Of a DNA stretch of 53,011 nucleotides, positions 18,680-26,128 are shown piece by piece. The DNA is from an uncultured Planctomycetia bacterium (GTDB lineage Bacteria > Omnitrophota > Gorgyraeia > Duberdicusellales > 4484-171). The stretch spans positions 141,198-194,208 of the forward strand of contig CAZAYU010000004.1 in NCBI GenBank assembly GCA_964489445.1, read 5' to 3'. The notes under the pieces were generated by a model that saw only the letters and a list, made by a program, of their open reading frames with translations, was not told where the DNA came from and made no database searches. A program made the position numbers and the translations under genes. Position 1 is the first letter of the stretch; each line of letters starts with the position of its first letter.

Positions 18680-19438
18680 CTATAATAGCCCAGATGATGC
18701 TTCTTTGTCAATAATAAATAAGCAATCGGAATGCGCTTGAAGAAAAGAAGCCGGAACCTCTGCTATCTGTAAGCCTTTGATAGATCTTTTTAAAGCATCA
18801 ACTTTATTTTCCCCGGTAGCTAGAAGAACTATTCTTTTTGCTTCCAGGATTGTCCCAATACCCATGGTAACTGCTTTTTTAGGAACCTCTGCTTCGTTTT
18901 CAAAAAATCGAGCATTATCTTTAATAGTCGTTTCGGTTAAATCAACTTCCCTGGTTCTTGTCTCTTTTGAAGAACCTGGTTCATTAAACGCAATATGTCC
19001 ATTTGACCCAATACCTAACAATTGCAAACCTATTCCTCCGGCGGCTTTAATTTTCCCTTCATAGCTCAAGCAACTTTCTTGTATATTACTAGGCTTACCA
19101 TCAGGTACATAAGTATTATTTTTATCAATATTTACATGGTTGAAAAGATTATCATTCATAAAATAGCGATAGCTTTGTGAATGATTAATGTCTAAGCCAA
19201 CATACTCATCAAGATTAAAAGAGGAAACTTGAGAAAAATCAACTACTGCCTCTTTATTCATTTTAATTAATTCTTTATACATCCCTACAGGAGTTCCACC
19301 AGTAGCTAAACCTAAAATTATTTTTGGATTATTACCAATAGCTTTGGCGAAAATTTCTGCTCCAGTTTTAGCTACTTCTTGTTTATTCTCACAGATTATT
19401 ATCTTAATATTTCCTATTTGTTTTTCCTCAAGCATCAC
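18680..19438 (-). CDS. nagB: glucosamine-6-phosphate deaminase
   Basis: LGLATGGTP, FNLDEYVGL, HSQSY.YFM, LGIG.NGHIAFNEPG, A.TMGIGTI. Confidence 0.96.
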   Translation of the reverse strand: MMLEEKQIGNIKIIICENKQEVAKTGAEIFAKAIGNNPKIILGLATGGTPVGMYKELIKMNKEAVVDFSQVSSFNLDEYVGLDINHSQSYRYFMNDNLFNHVNIDKNNTYVPDGKPSNIQESCLSYEGKIKAAGGIGLQLLGIGSNGHIAFNEPGSSKETRTREVDLTETTIKDNARFFENEAEVPKKAVTMGIGTILEAKRIVLLATGENKVDALKRSIKGLQIAEVPASFLQAHSDCLFIIDKEASSGLL

Positions 19439-19587
19439 GCCCCCTTAATAATAATCATCCCAAAAATATTTATAACCACATTTAAAATAAAAAAGACGCC
19501 TTTTCTTTACTTACTGTTTTCAGAAAAGACGTCTTTGTCTTTTTTTAGAGATACAAAAAAATCACATAGCTAAAACTTTTTAAAATA

Positions 19588-19968
19588 TTACTTTTTCTTT
19601 CTTCTTTTTTTCTTTGTTTTCTTTGTTTTCTTTGGTGTTGCTTTTTGAGGTTCCTTTTTTTCGATTGTTTCCTCTATAAACTTACCATTTTTTTCATCAT
19701 AACGATAAAGACCATTTCTGAACTTTGCCGGATCTAACTTGTATTGATCACAAAATACGGCCTACATCTGTTTTAGCTGAGCGATTTCCTCGTTGAGCAA
19801 TTGCTGCAACACAACCACTCTTGCCTCTTCATTACGTAAAGCAATAATGTTAGCGATTAAAGCATCCTTTTCTTGTTGTGCGGGATCTTTGGTTTGAGCA
19901 AACACTAACACATTAAAACAACAAAGACCAAACATAACTGTAATCAATCCACAAACAACCTTTTTCAT
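19588..19968 (-). pseudogene. 126-codon exported coiled-coil protein with a Lys-rich tail, interrupted by one in-frame TAG (codon 69)
   Basis: Signal-peptide-like start with a GGAGGGG RBS. After TAG at 19764-19762 the frame stays open for 57 codons (AVFCDQYKLDPAKFRNGLYRYDEKNGKFIEE...KKRRKKK) to TAA at 19590-19588. Confidence 0.6.
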
Positions 19969-20037
19969 TGCAACCCCTCCTTCTTAAACATTTATCCCTA
20001 CCCCTATTATTTTTCTCTCCCTTGTAACTTAGGTGTA

Positions 20038-20066
20038 ATTTTATCTCCCTGGAGATTTAAAGTCAA
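20038..20066 (-). promoter_or_regulatory. candidate sigma70 promoter with a palindrome in its spacer
   Basis: TTGACT (20066-20061), 17 nt, TAAAAT (20043-20038); ATCTCC-CT-GGAGAT inverted repeat at 20043-20056. Confidence 0.55.
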
Positions 20067-20179
20067 GCGACAAATATTATTTTAAAATCACGGTGGATTG
20101 TAACTCATATTACAACAGATTTCAATTCGAAGCTCCGAATCTGTTTTTTTGTAACCCCCACAAGCGCTTTAGAATGACG

Positions 20180-20542
20180 TTAGGCCTGGATATTTTTATA
20201 ATGATTAATCCGCTTAATGCTGTTGTTGTCAAAGACCACAATGCAGACCGCATCAATTCGATAAATACCTTTGTATTTGTTTTGAAACACATAGCACGCT
20301 GCATTACGTCTTAATTTTAAGCACTTATATTTATTAAGCGAGCATTCGGGTGTTACCAAACACTTTTTCTTCCTTGTTTTTACTTCAACAAACACCAAAC
20401 AACTACTCTTGCTCATAATTAAATCAATTTCCCCGTATTTATTTTGATAATTTCTGGCAACAATTTTGTACCCTTTACACCGTAAATACTGCCCAGCAAT
20501 TTCTTCCCCAAAAACTCCTAATTCTCTATTCCAACCATTCAT
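20180..20542 (-). CDS. yraN: YraN/UPF0102 family nuclease
   Basis: G..GEE.A..YL...GY.I..RNY...YGEIDLI....LVFVEVKTR, YRID.V. ATG 20542 is preferred over the TTG at 20563. Confidence 0.92.
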   Translation of the reverse strand: MNGWNRELGVFGEEIAGQYLRCKGYKIVARNYQNKYGEIDLIMSKSSCLVFVEVKTRKKKCLVTPECSLNKYKCLKLRRNAACYVFQNKYKGIYRIDAVCIVVFDNNSIKRINHYKNIQA

Positions 20543-20574
20543 GGATGCACCATTAGTAAACAATAATTAAAAAT

Positions 20575-22086
20575 TTAATTTTTCATTTGGTACTGCAAAG
20601 CCTCAGCCATATGCTGAACATTAATCTCTTGAGAACTATCTAAATCAGCTATTGTCCGCGCAATCCGGATAACTTTGAAATAAGACCGGGCTGATAACTG
20701 GAAAGCAGTTGCTCCACGTAAAAGCAGTTTATCCACATCCTTAGATAAATAACAATATTTTCTGATCTGCTTATTATTCATTTCTCCATTAACATAAATT
20801 TTATCCCGTTGAAAACGCTTTAGCTGAATACTTCTTGCTTGAACGACATTTGCTCTTACTGCTTCGGAAGAAATACCAATTTTATAATTTTGAGATAACC
20901 CTTTTAGATCTACAACCGGCACTTCTAAATACATATCAATCCTGTCCAACAACGGCCCGGAAATCTTTTTCCGATATTTTTCTACTTCTCTTTGGGTGCA
21001 AATACAATTTTTTTTAGGATGATATAAATAACCACAAGGGCAAGGATTAGCTGATGCAACCAGCATAAATTTTGCCAGATAATTTACACTCCCCTTACTT
21101 CGGGAAATTGTAAGATGGCCATCTTCTATAGGCTGACGCAAAGCTTCTAGCGCCGCACGGGAAAATTCATTAAGCTCATCTAAAAATAACACTCCCCGGT
21201 GAGCTAAGCTTATTTCTCCAGCTTTTGGTTTTGAACCACCGCCAACAAGCCCAACTGTCGAAATCGTATGGTGTGGAGACCTAAACGGACGAACTTTAAC
21301 CATTGAGCCTCCAGGAGGAATCAATCCGGAAGCTGAATATATTTTAGTAACCTCTAATGATTCTCTTTCTGTCAAATCGGGCAGGATTCCTGGCAAAGCC
21401 CTCGACAACATTGTTTTCCCGGAACCAGGACTGCCTACCAAAAATAAATTATACCCGCCGGATGCAGAAATCTCTAACACCCTTTTACCTTGTTCTTGTC
21501 CAATAATCTCCGCCATATTAGATTCCGGACATGCATATATATTGTTTGTTGAATTATGCTTTACCGGTTTAATTGGCATTTGCCCATAAAAAAATGTTAA
21601 TAATTGATTAAGATTGTTGACGGGATATACATCCACACCTTTAACAATCGCTGCTTCATTGGCTGAATCCTGAGGTACAAATATACTATTGATTCCTTTT
21701 TCCTTAGCAAATAATGCCAGAAGTAACGCGCCTTTTGTATGCCGTAAATTACCATTTAACGACAACTCGCCAAAAAAAATACTTTCAAAAGGCAATTTAA
21801 AACCGGCAGCTAACGACAGTATACCCACAGCAATCGGTAGGTCATAATAGGAACCTTCTTTGGGAACATCTGCCGGAGCTAAATTAACTGTTATTTTTTT
21901 TAAAGGAAATGTAATACCGGAATTCTCAATAGCCATTTTTACTCGTTTACGACTTTCTTCAACAGCCTTGCTAGGTAAACCAACAATTTCAAAATTCGGC
22001 AACCCGCGATTAGCTAGATTAACTTCCACATCTATGCCAATAACATCTAAACCAGTATTAGCTATTGACGAAATTTTAACTACCAT
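20575..22086 (-). CDS. comM: ComM / YifB Mg-chelatase-like AAA+ helicase
   Basis: VGLP..AV.ES..RV..AI.NSG, ITVNLAPAD..KEG..YDLPIA, Walker A GSPGSGKT, FRSPHH, GE.SLAHRGVLFLDE, NPCPCG, ISGPLLDRID, LSAR. Confidence 0.95.
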   Translation of the reverse strand: MVVKISSIANTGLDVIGIDVEVNLANRGLPNFEIVGLPSKAVEESRKRVKMAIENSGITFPLKKITVNLAPADVPKEGSYYDLPIAVGILSLAAGFKLPFESIFFGELSLNGNLRHTKGALLLALFAKEKGINSIFVPQDSANEAAIVKGVDVYPVNNLNQLLTFFYGQMPIKPVKHNSTNNIYACPESNMAEIIGQEQGKRVLEISASGGYNLFLVGSPGSGKTMLSRALPGILPDLTERESLEVTKIYSASGLIPPGGSMVKVRPFRSPHHTISTVGLVGGGSKPKAGEISLAHRGVLFLDELNEFSRAALEALRQPIEDGHLTISRSKGSVNYLAKFMLVASANPCPCGYLYHPKKNCICTQREVEKYRKKISGPLLDRIDMYLEVPVVDLKGLSQNYKIGISSEAVRANVVQARSIQLKRFQRDKIYVNGEMNNKQIRKYCYLSKDVDKLLLRGATAFQLSARSYFKVIRIARTIADLDSSQEINVQHMAEALQYQMKN

Positions 22087-22133
22087 ATTTTGCTAAATTT
22101 ATACTTTTAAATACAAAAACTAACTGCCATTTT

Positions 22134-23000
22134 TTAAATAGATCCAACATAATATTTCCTTTCCTCTCTAAAAATCAGCCCTTTTATTTGCATTAAAGAA
22201 AGTAATGCGGAAACTTCCGATGATTGTTTCTGCATTTTCCTAATCAGTGTATCAATTTCCATTGGTTCTTGCTGTAAATTTTCTATCACTGCTCTTTCTA
22301 AAACACTTAGCTTTAAAACACTTTTATCTTTTCTTATAGTTCTAGAATCTGGAATATTATAATATTTTAAAATATCTCTGCTTTCGGTTACAATTTCCGC
22401 TCCTTGCTGAATTAATTTTGCCGTTCCTTCCGAAACCAAACTAGTAAGTGGTCCAGGAACAGCAAAAATTTTTCTATTATGTTGTTTAGCAAAATCAGCA
22501 GTAATCAATGACCCGCTTTTTATAGCCGCCTCTATCACCAAAACCGCTTGAGAAATACCGGAAACAATTCGATTGCGTTTGGGATAAGTCCAAGAAGCCG
22601 GAGGAAATATACCATTAAATTCTGAAATAACTAACCCATTATTATTTAGTATCTCTAAATATAATGTTTTCTGATATTCAGGATGAATTAAGCTGATTCC
22701 ACAAGGCATCACTGCAATAGTCTGTGTTCCCCCATCAATTGCCGCTTTGTGCGCAACAGCATCAATGCCAAACATAAATCCGGAAACTATGGTTATTCCC
22801 GCCTTAGCTATATCAGTTACCAATTTATTAGCGATAATCTTTCCGTAGACAGTCATTTTCCGAGAACCAACAACAGCTAAACAATTATCAAAAATACCCT
22901 TACTCCAGTTACCTTTATAGTAGAGTTGTTTTGGCGGAGAATTAATTTCCCTAAGCCTCTGAGGATACTGTTTATCATTAATCTTAACTACACCGCTCAT
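22134..23000 (-). CDS. dprA: DNA-processing protein A (Smf), short form lacking the N-terminal SAM domain
   Basis: YP..L..I..PP..LY.KG, AVVGSR, IVSGF..GID..AH, ISEF, RNRIVSG, EA...SGSL.TA, FAVPG; C-terminal winged-helix-like segment. Confidence 0.93.
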   Translation of the reverse strand: MSGVVKINDKQYPQRLREINSPPKQLYYKGNWSKGIFDNCLAVVGSRKMTVYGKIIANKLVTDIAKAGITIVSGFMFGIDAVAHKAAIDGGTQTIAVMPCGISLIHPEYQKTLYLEILNNNGLVISEFNGIFPPASWTYPKRNRIVSGISQAVLVIEAAIKSGSLITADFAKQHNRKIFAVPGPLTSLVSEGTAKLIQQGAEIVTESRDILKYYNIPDSRTIRKDKSVLKLSVLERAVIENLQQEPMEIDTLIRKMQKQSSEVSALLSLMQIKGLIFREERKYYVGSI

Positions 23001-23003
23001 ACT

Positions 23004-23276
23004 TTACACCCTATTATCGCAAGCCATCCTGTATGCTGATAACACCGAATCATTTAACAATTGACGAGCTTGTGCAGTTAATGGAAATGCGCTGCTATAC
23101 CATTTGTTATCTTTACCTGCTTCACACGGAACACCAACAAATAATCCATTTTTTCCTTCAACAATTCGAAATCCCTTTACTAAAAACTGCCCACTAATCG
23201 AAATATCACATATTGCTTTAGTCGATCCTTCCGTATTAAATTTATGAATCCGCGTAACCTTAAACTCTAAATCCAT
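23004..23276 (-). CDS. spoVG: SpoVG family nucleic-acid-binding protein
   Basis: V.RI.......KA....I...F.V.G.RIV.GK.GLFV..P....D.KW....P; GGGGGTG RBS. Confidence 0.85.
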   Translation of the reverse strand: MDLEFKVTRIHKFNTEGSTKAICDISISGQFLVKGFRIVEGKNGLFVGVPCEAGKDNKWYSSAFPLTAQARQLLNDSVLSAYRMACDNRV

Positions 23277-23625
23277 TTCAACACCCCCTTTTTGTTATGT
23301 CGCAAATCTAAACCTAAAATTGGTTAACTGATTAATTGGTGATTAGTTAAATCCTTTAAGAAACCAGATACCAATTACCAGTAACCAGAATTAGTTAACT
23401 ATGTTAAATAAGTTGAATAGGATAAATGAATTAGCGTGCAGACACGTGTACACGCATTTACCCTTTTCTCTTTTTTCGTCCCTTAATCCGTCGTCCTTCA
23501 TCCGTCAGAACTTGTTGTCGTTATTATAGTCTCTACCCTCTAACTTCTTCTCCCTCCATGCCATATACTCTTTACCTCACTAACCCTTAATTTTTATCGC
23601 TTATCACTTGCTATTCCCTTTACAC

Positions 23626-23657
23626 TAATAGACGTATCAAATTAAAAAATTCTTTCA
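23626..23657 (-). promoter_or_regulatory. candidate ECF-sigma promoter, copy 2 (upstream of spoVG-dprA-comM-yraN)
   Basis: TGAAAGAA-N15-CGTCTATTA; both boxes and the spacing are identical to the copy at 24294-24325. Confidence 0.6.
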
Positions 23658-23727
23658 AAAATTTTTTAATTTTTTTCACACAAGAATATACTGATAATTT
23701 ATGCTTTTTTTACTTGCGGATAAAACT

Positions 23728-24291
23728 TTAAGGACGGAAGGAATTAAACCGATTTTTTAATCGTTTGCTGATTTCATCATCATCCTCAGAAGAATGGCGC
23801 CGCCAAGAATCAATAACCATAATCAAAGTGCGGCCGTTTTCACTTTCAAATGCCCAGCGAATTCCCAAAACAAGAGAAATTACTAAACATTGGAAAAAAT
23901 ATTTAGGCAGAAAGAATGAAATAACAAATGCACTGATTGCTACAAAAAGAAATAAATATTTTTTCTTTCTTTTTCTATTCTTCCGAACATTATTTTCATT
24001 AGACTTAATTAATGCTTTTGCTTTTTCTATGAATTCTTTAGGCACTTTTGGCTGATTATTTTTCTTATTTAGACTTTCCGACTCAAATATTAAATTTAAT
24101 TGTCCACGGCAGAACCCACAACTGGCAAGGTGCTTCTCAATGCTTGAACATCTTTCTTTCTCGATATTCTGCATAAAGTAATCTATTAAATCTTGCTCAC
24201 AAATACAATCAATTGTTCTTTTTATTTTGGTATTTTCAAGTTCTAAATATTCTTTCAATATTCTTTCTTTTTGATCCATATTCCTCTCCAT
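23728..24291 (-). CDS. zinc-binding (ZAS) anti-sigma factor with two transmembrane helices
   Basis: HLASCGFC (HxxxCxxC), a basic stretch, then two hydrophobic helices; directly downstream of an ECF sigma. The start may be the second Met (24279). Confidence 0.8.
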   Translation of the reverse strand: MERNMDQKERILKEYLELENTKIKRTIDCICEQDLIDYFMQNIEKERCSSIEKHLASCGFCRGQLNLIFESESLNKKNNQPKVPKEFIEKAKALIKSNENNVRKNRKRKKKYLFLFVAISAFVISFFLPKYFFQCLVISLVLGIRWAFESENGRTLIMVIDSWRRHSSEDDDEISKRLKNRFNSFRP

Positions 24292-24293
24292 AT

Positions 24294-24325
24294 TAATAGA
24301 CGAAATTTATTCCGTTTTTCTTTCA
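24294..24325 (-). promoter_or_regulatory. candidate ECF-sigma promoter, copy 1 (between sigma and anti-sigma genes)
   Basis: TGAAAGAA-N15-CGTCTATTA; the TGA is also the stop codon of the sigma gene. Confidence 0.6.
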
Positions 24326-24892
24326 CAAATTATTCATTCCTTTTCTCTCTAAAGCTTGCTTTAGTTTTTGCTTGGTTCTGGAAATTACGGTAGAAACAGT
24401 ATTTATCGGTATGTGCATAATGCCAGAAATTTCTTTATGCGTTCGCCCTTCAAAAAGATTAAAATTAATGATTATTCTTTCTTTGTCGGATAAATTATTT
24501 ACAATGCTGTCAATTAACAAGGCTAAATCTCTCCGGCATAACTCTTGCCGCAAATTATCATCTTTTCCTTCTGAATCATTTATAGCAATTCTTTGATCCC
24601 TGCGAATTTTACCCCGCATAAAATCAACTGCTTTATTAGAAGAAATGACTACTAACCAACCAGTAATCGTTTTAGGATTTTTTATTTGCCGAAGCTTATC
24701 ACTGTTTAGAATAGAAAGAAATACTTCCTGAAATATTTCTCCAACATCATCCTGATTAAATTGAAACCCACTGTGAGCCAATCGTTTACGAATAGCCCAA
24801 TAAATTAATTTTGAGTATTTTTGAACAAATATATCCCAGGTCTTCTTCTGTTTATCAAGACATCCCTTTATCAATTCTGATTCACTAAACAT
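24323..24892 (-). CDS. ECF (group 4) RNA polymerase sigma factor
   Basis: Region 2 (W..FV.KY..., D...IFQEVF, W...I..N...D) and region 4.2 (L...ER.I..., EG..H.EI...M..P.NTV...ISR.K..L); 189 aa. Confidence 0.93.
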   Translation of the reverse strand: MFSESELIKGCLDKQKKTWDIFVQKYSKLIYWAIRKRLAHSGFQFNQDDVGEIFQEVFLSILNSDKLRQIKNPKTITGWLVVISSNKAVDFMRGKIRRDQRIAINDSEGKDDNLRQELCRRDLALLIDSIVNNLSDKERIIINFNLFEGRTHKEISGIMHIPINTVSTVISRTKQKLKQALERKGMNNL

Positions 24893-24941
24893 TAATAGCT
24901 AACTAATGAACTAAATGTGGGCAAATTAAAAAACTATACCT

Positions 24942-24980
24942 TTATAAAACCACTTTCCACCTTGAAGGTAGAAAGTGGTT
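24942..24980 (-). terminator. probable intrinsic terminator after the TPR gene
   Basis: AACCACTTTCTACCT-TCA-AGGTGGAAAGTGGTT: 15-bp stem that is fully paired on the minus strand (one G-U pair), followed by TTAT. Confidence 0.6.
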
Positions 24981-25020
24981 AACAACTCAACACAAGAAAA
25001 TAGAAACGTCCCTTTTAATT

Positions 25021-26049
25021 CTATTCCGCGATATTCGCCAGACCGCTTTCAGCAATTGCCTGGTAACGCTCATCTTCTTTTTCTTTGGCAACTTTTAGCA
25101 ATTCGGAAAACTCATTTTTCGCATTAGCTAAATCTTCTAATTCTAAATATGTTTCTGCAGCCCGCTGTTTGAAAAAAAGATTAGACGGATCAAGCTCAGA
25201 ACACTTTTTCCATTCTACGGCTGCATCATTTAGCATTCCAAATTCCATTAATGTTTGCGCGTAGCGACCACGTAAACCGGCAGAATTAGGATCTAATTCT
25301 ATCCGCTGTTTATATAATGCAAGTGCTTCTTTAGCTTTTCCCGATCCGGTATACGCACGCATTAAAATATCTGATGCTCCTTTATCTTCTGGATTCTTCT
25401 TCACTTTTGCCTCTAGTTTTTTAATAACTGAGTCGTAATCCTGATTTAATAATTGATAGTCAATCAACCGGGTAGTAATAGTCGTATCATTCGGTTGCTT
25501 TTTTTCTAAATCTTCATAAATTTCCACCACTTTACCCCAATCCCGTAAACAAACATAGCCTTCAGCAACTTGTCGAGGAATTGATAAATTCTTGGGATCT
25601 TTTTTTGCCTCTGCTTCAAGTTTAGCAATCGCCGGCTGGATTCCTTCTCCGGCTTCAGCAAGATTATAAAAATTAATGCTGGCCCAGCGTTTGATATCCT
25701 GAAAATCTTCAGAAACTAATATTTCTATCAATAAATTTTCTGCTTTTGCCTTATCAGTAATAATATAAACTTCTCCTAATTGGCGATTAATTGCAGAATT
25801 ATTCGGTACCAGCTTTTTTGCTTTTTCTAACTTTACTTGCGCTTCCTTAGGTTTATCCTGGATTAACAATTCTCCTGCTTCAATAAAAAGCTGTTCATAC
25901 TCCGGGATATCTTGCTCAACTATAACCGCCTCTATTACAGTTTGATCCTCAACTCCCATTTCCTCCTCAACAGCAAACACAGGCAAAGAAATAGTCACCA
26001 CACCAATAAGTAATAAAATTACCACCAACCATCTCTTCTTCATACCCAC
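25021..26049 (-). CDS. exported tetratricopeptide-repeat protein
   Basis: Signal peptide MKKRWLVVILLL...PVFA; repeated TPR-like A....KA..LxP.N / ELDP.N helical pairs; AGGAGGTG RBS. Confidence 0.85.
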   Translation of the reverse strand: MGMKKRWLVVILLLIGVVTISLPVFAVEEEMGVEDQTVIEAVIVEQDIPEYEQLFIEAGELLIQDKPKEAQVKLEKAKKLVPNNSAINRQLGEVYIITDKAKAENLLIEILVSEDFQDIKRWASINFYNLAEAGEGIQPAIAKLEAEAKKDPKNLSIPRQVAEGYVCLRDWGKVVEIYEDLEKKQPNDTTITTRLIDYQLLNQDYDSVIKKLEAKVKKNPEDKGASDILMRAYTGSGKAKEALALYKQRIELDPNSAGLRGRYAQTLMEFGMLNDAAVEWKKCSELDPSNLFFKQRAAETYLELEDLANAKNEFSELLKVAKEKEDERYQAIAESGLANIAE

Positions 26050-26128
26050 CTCCTTAGATTACTCGTTCTGATTTAAATTTTATCAATCCCTTTAAAATAC
26101 AAAAAATAAGACTCAAGTTCATTTTATC

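Noticed and set aside
19762-19764. Genome-wide TAG recoding (genetic code 15 or pyrrolysine)
   Set aside because: nagB (18680), the TPR gene (25021) and the ligase-TPR gene (26129) end in TAG at plausible termini, and no pyl genes are visible. Only a local event is supported.
20110-20154. Imperfect hairpin ACAGATT...AATCTGT with a T run below yraN, superficially CRISPR- or REP-like
   Set aside because: Single copy with no repeat-spacer periodicity and no cas genes; the T tract is on the strand opposite to yraN, so a terminator call is also weak.
23505-23564. Possible 19-codon ORF (MAWGEKKLEGRDYNNDNKF) downstream of the second ECF motif
   Set aside because: Too short to support; weak RBS and no recognisable similarity.
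952-24596. Plus-strand ORFs of 60-150 aa in the track (for example 952-1161, 1738-2046, 2504-2959, 3163-3429, 23765-24055, 24372-24596)
   Set aside because: All are antisense shadows of well-supported minus-strand genes, with Phe/Leu/Ile/Ser-biased translations and no family motifs or RBS.
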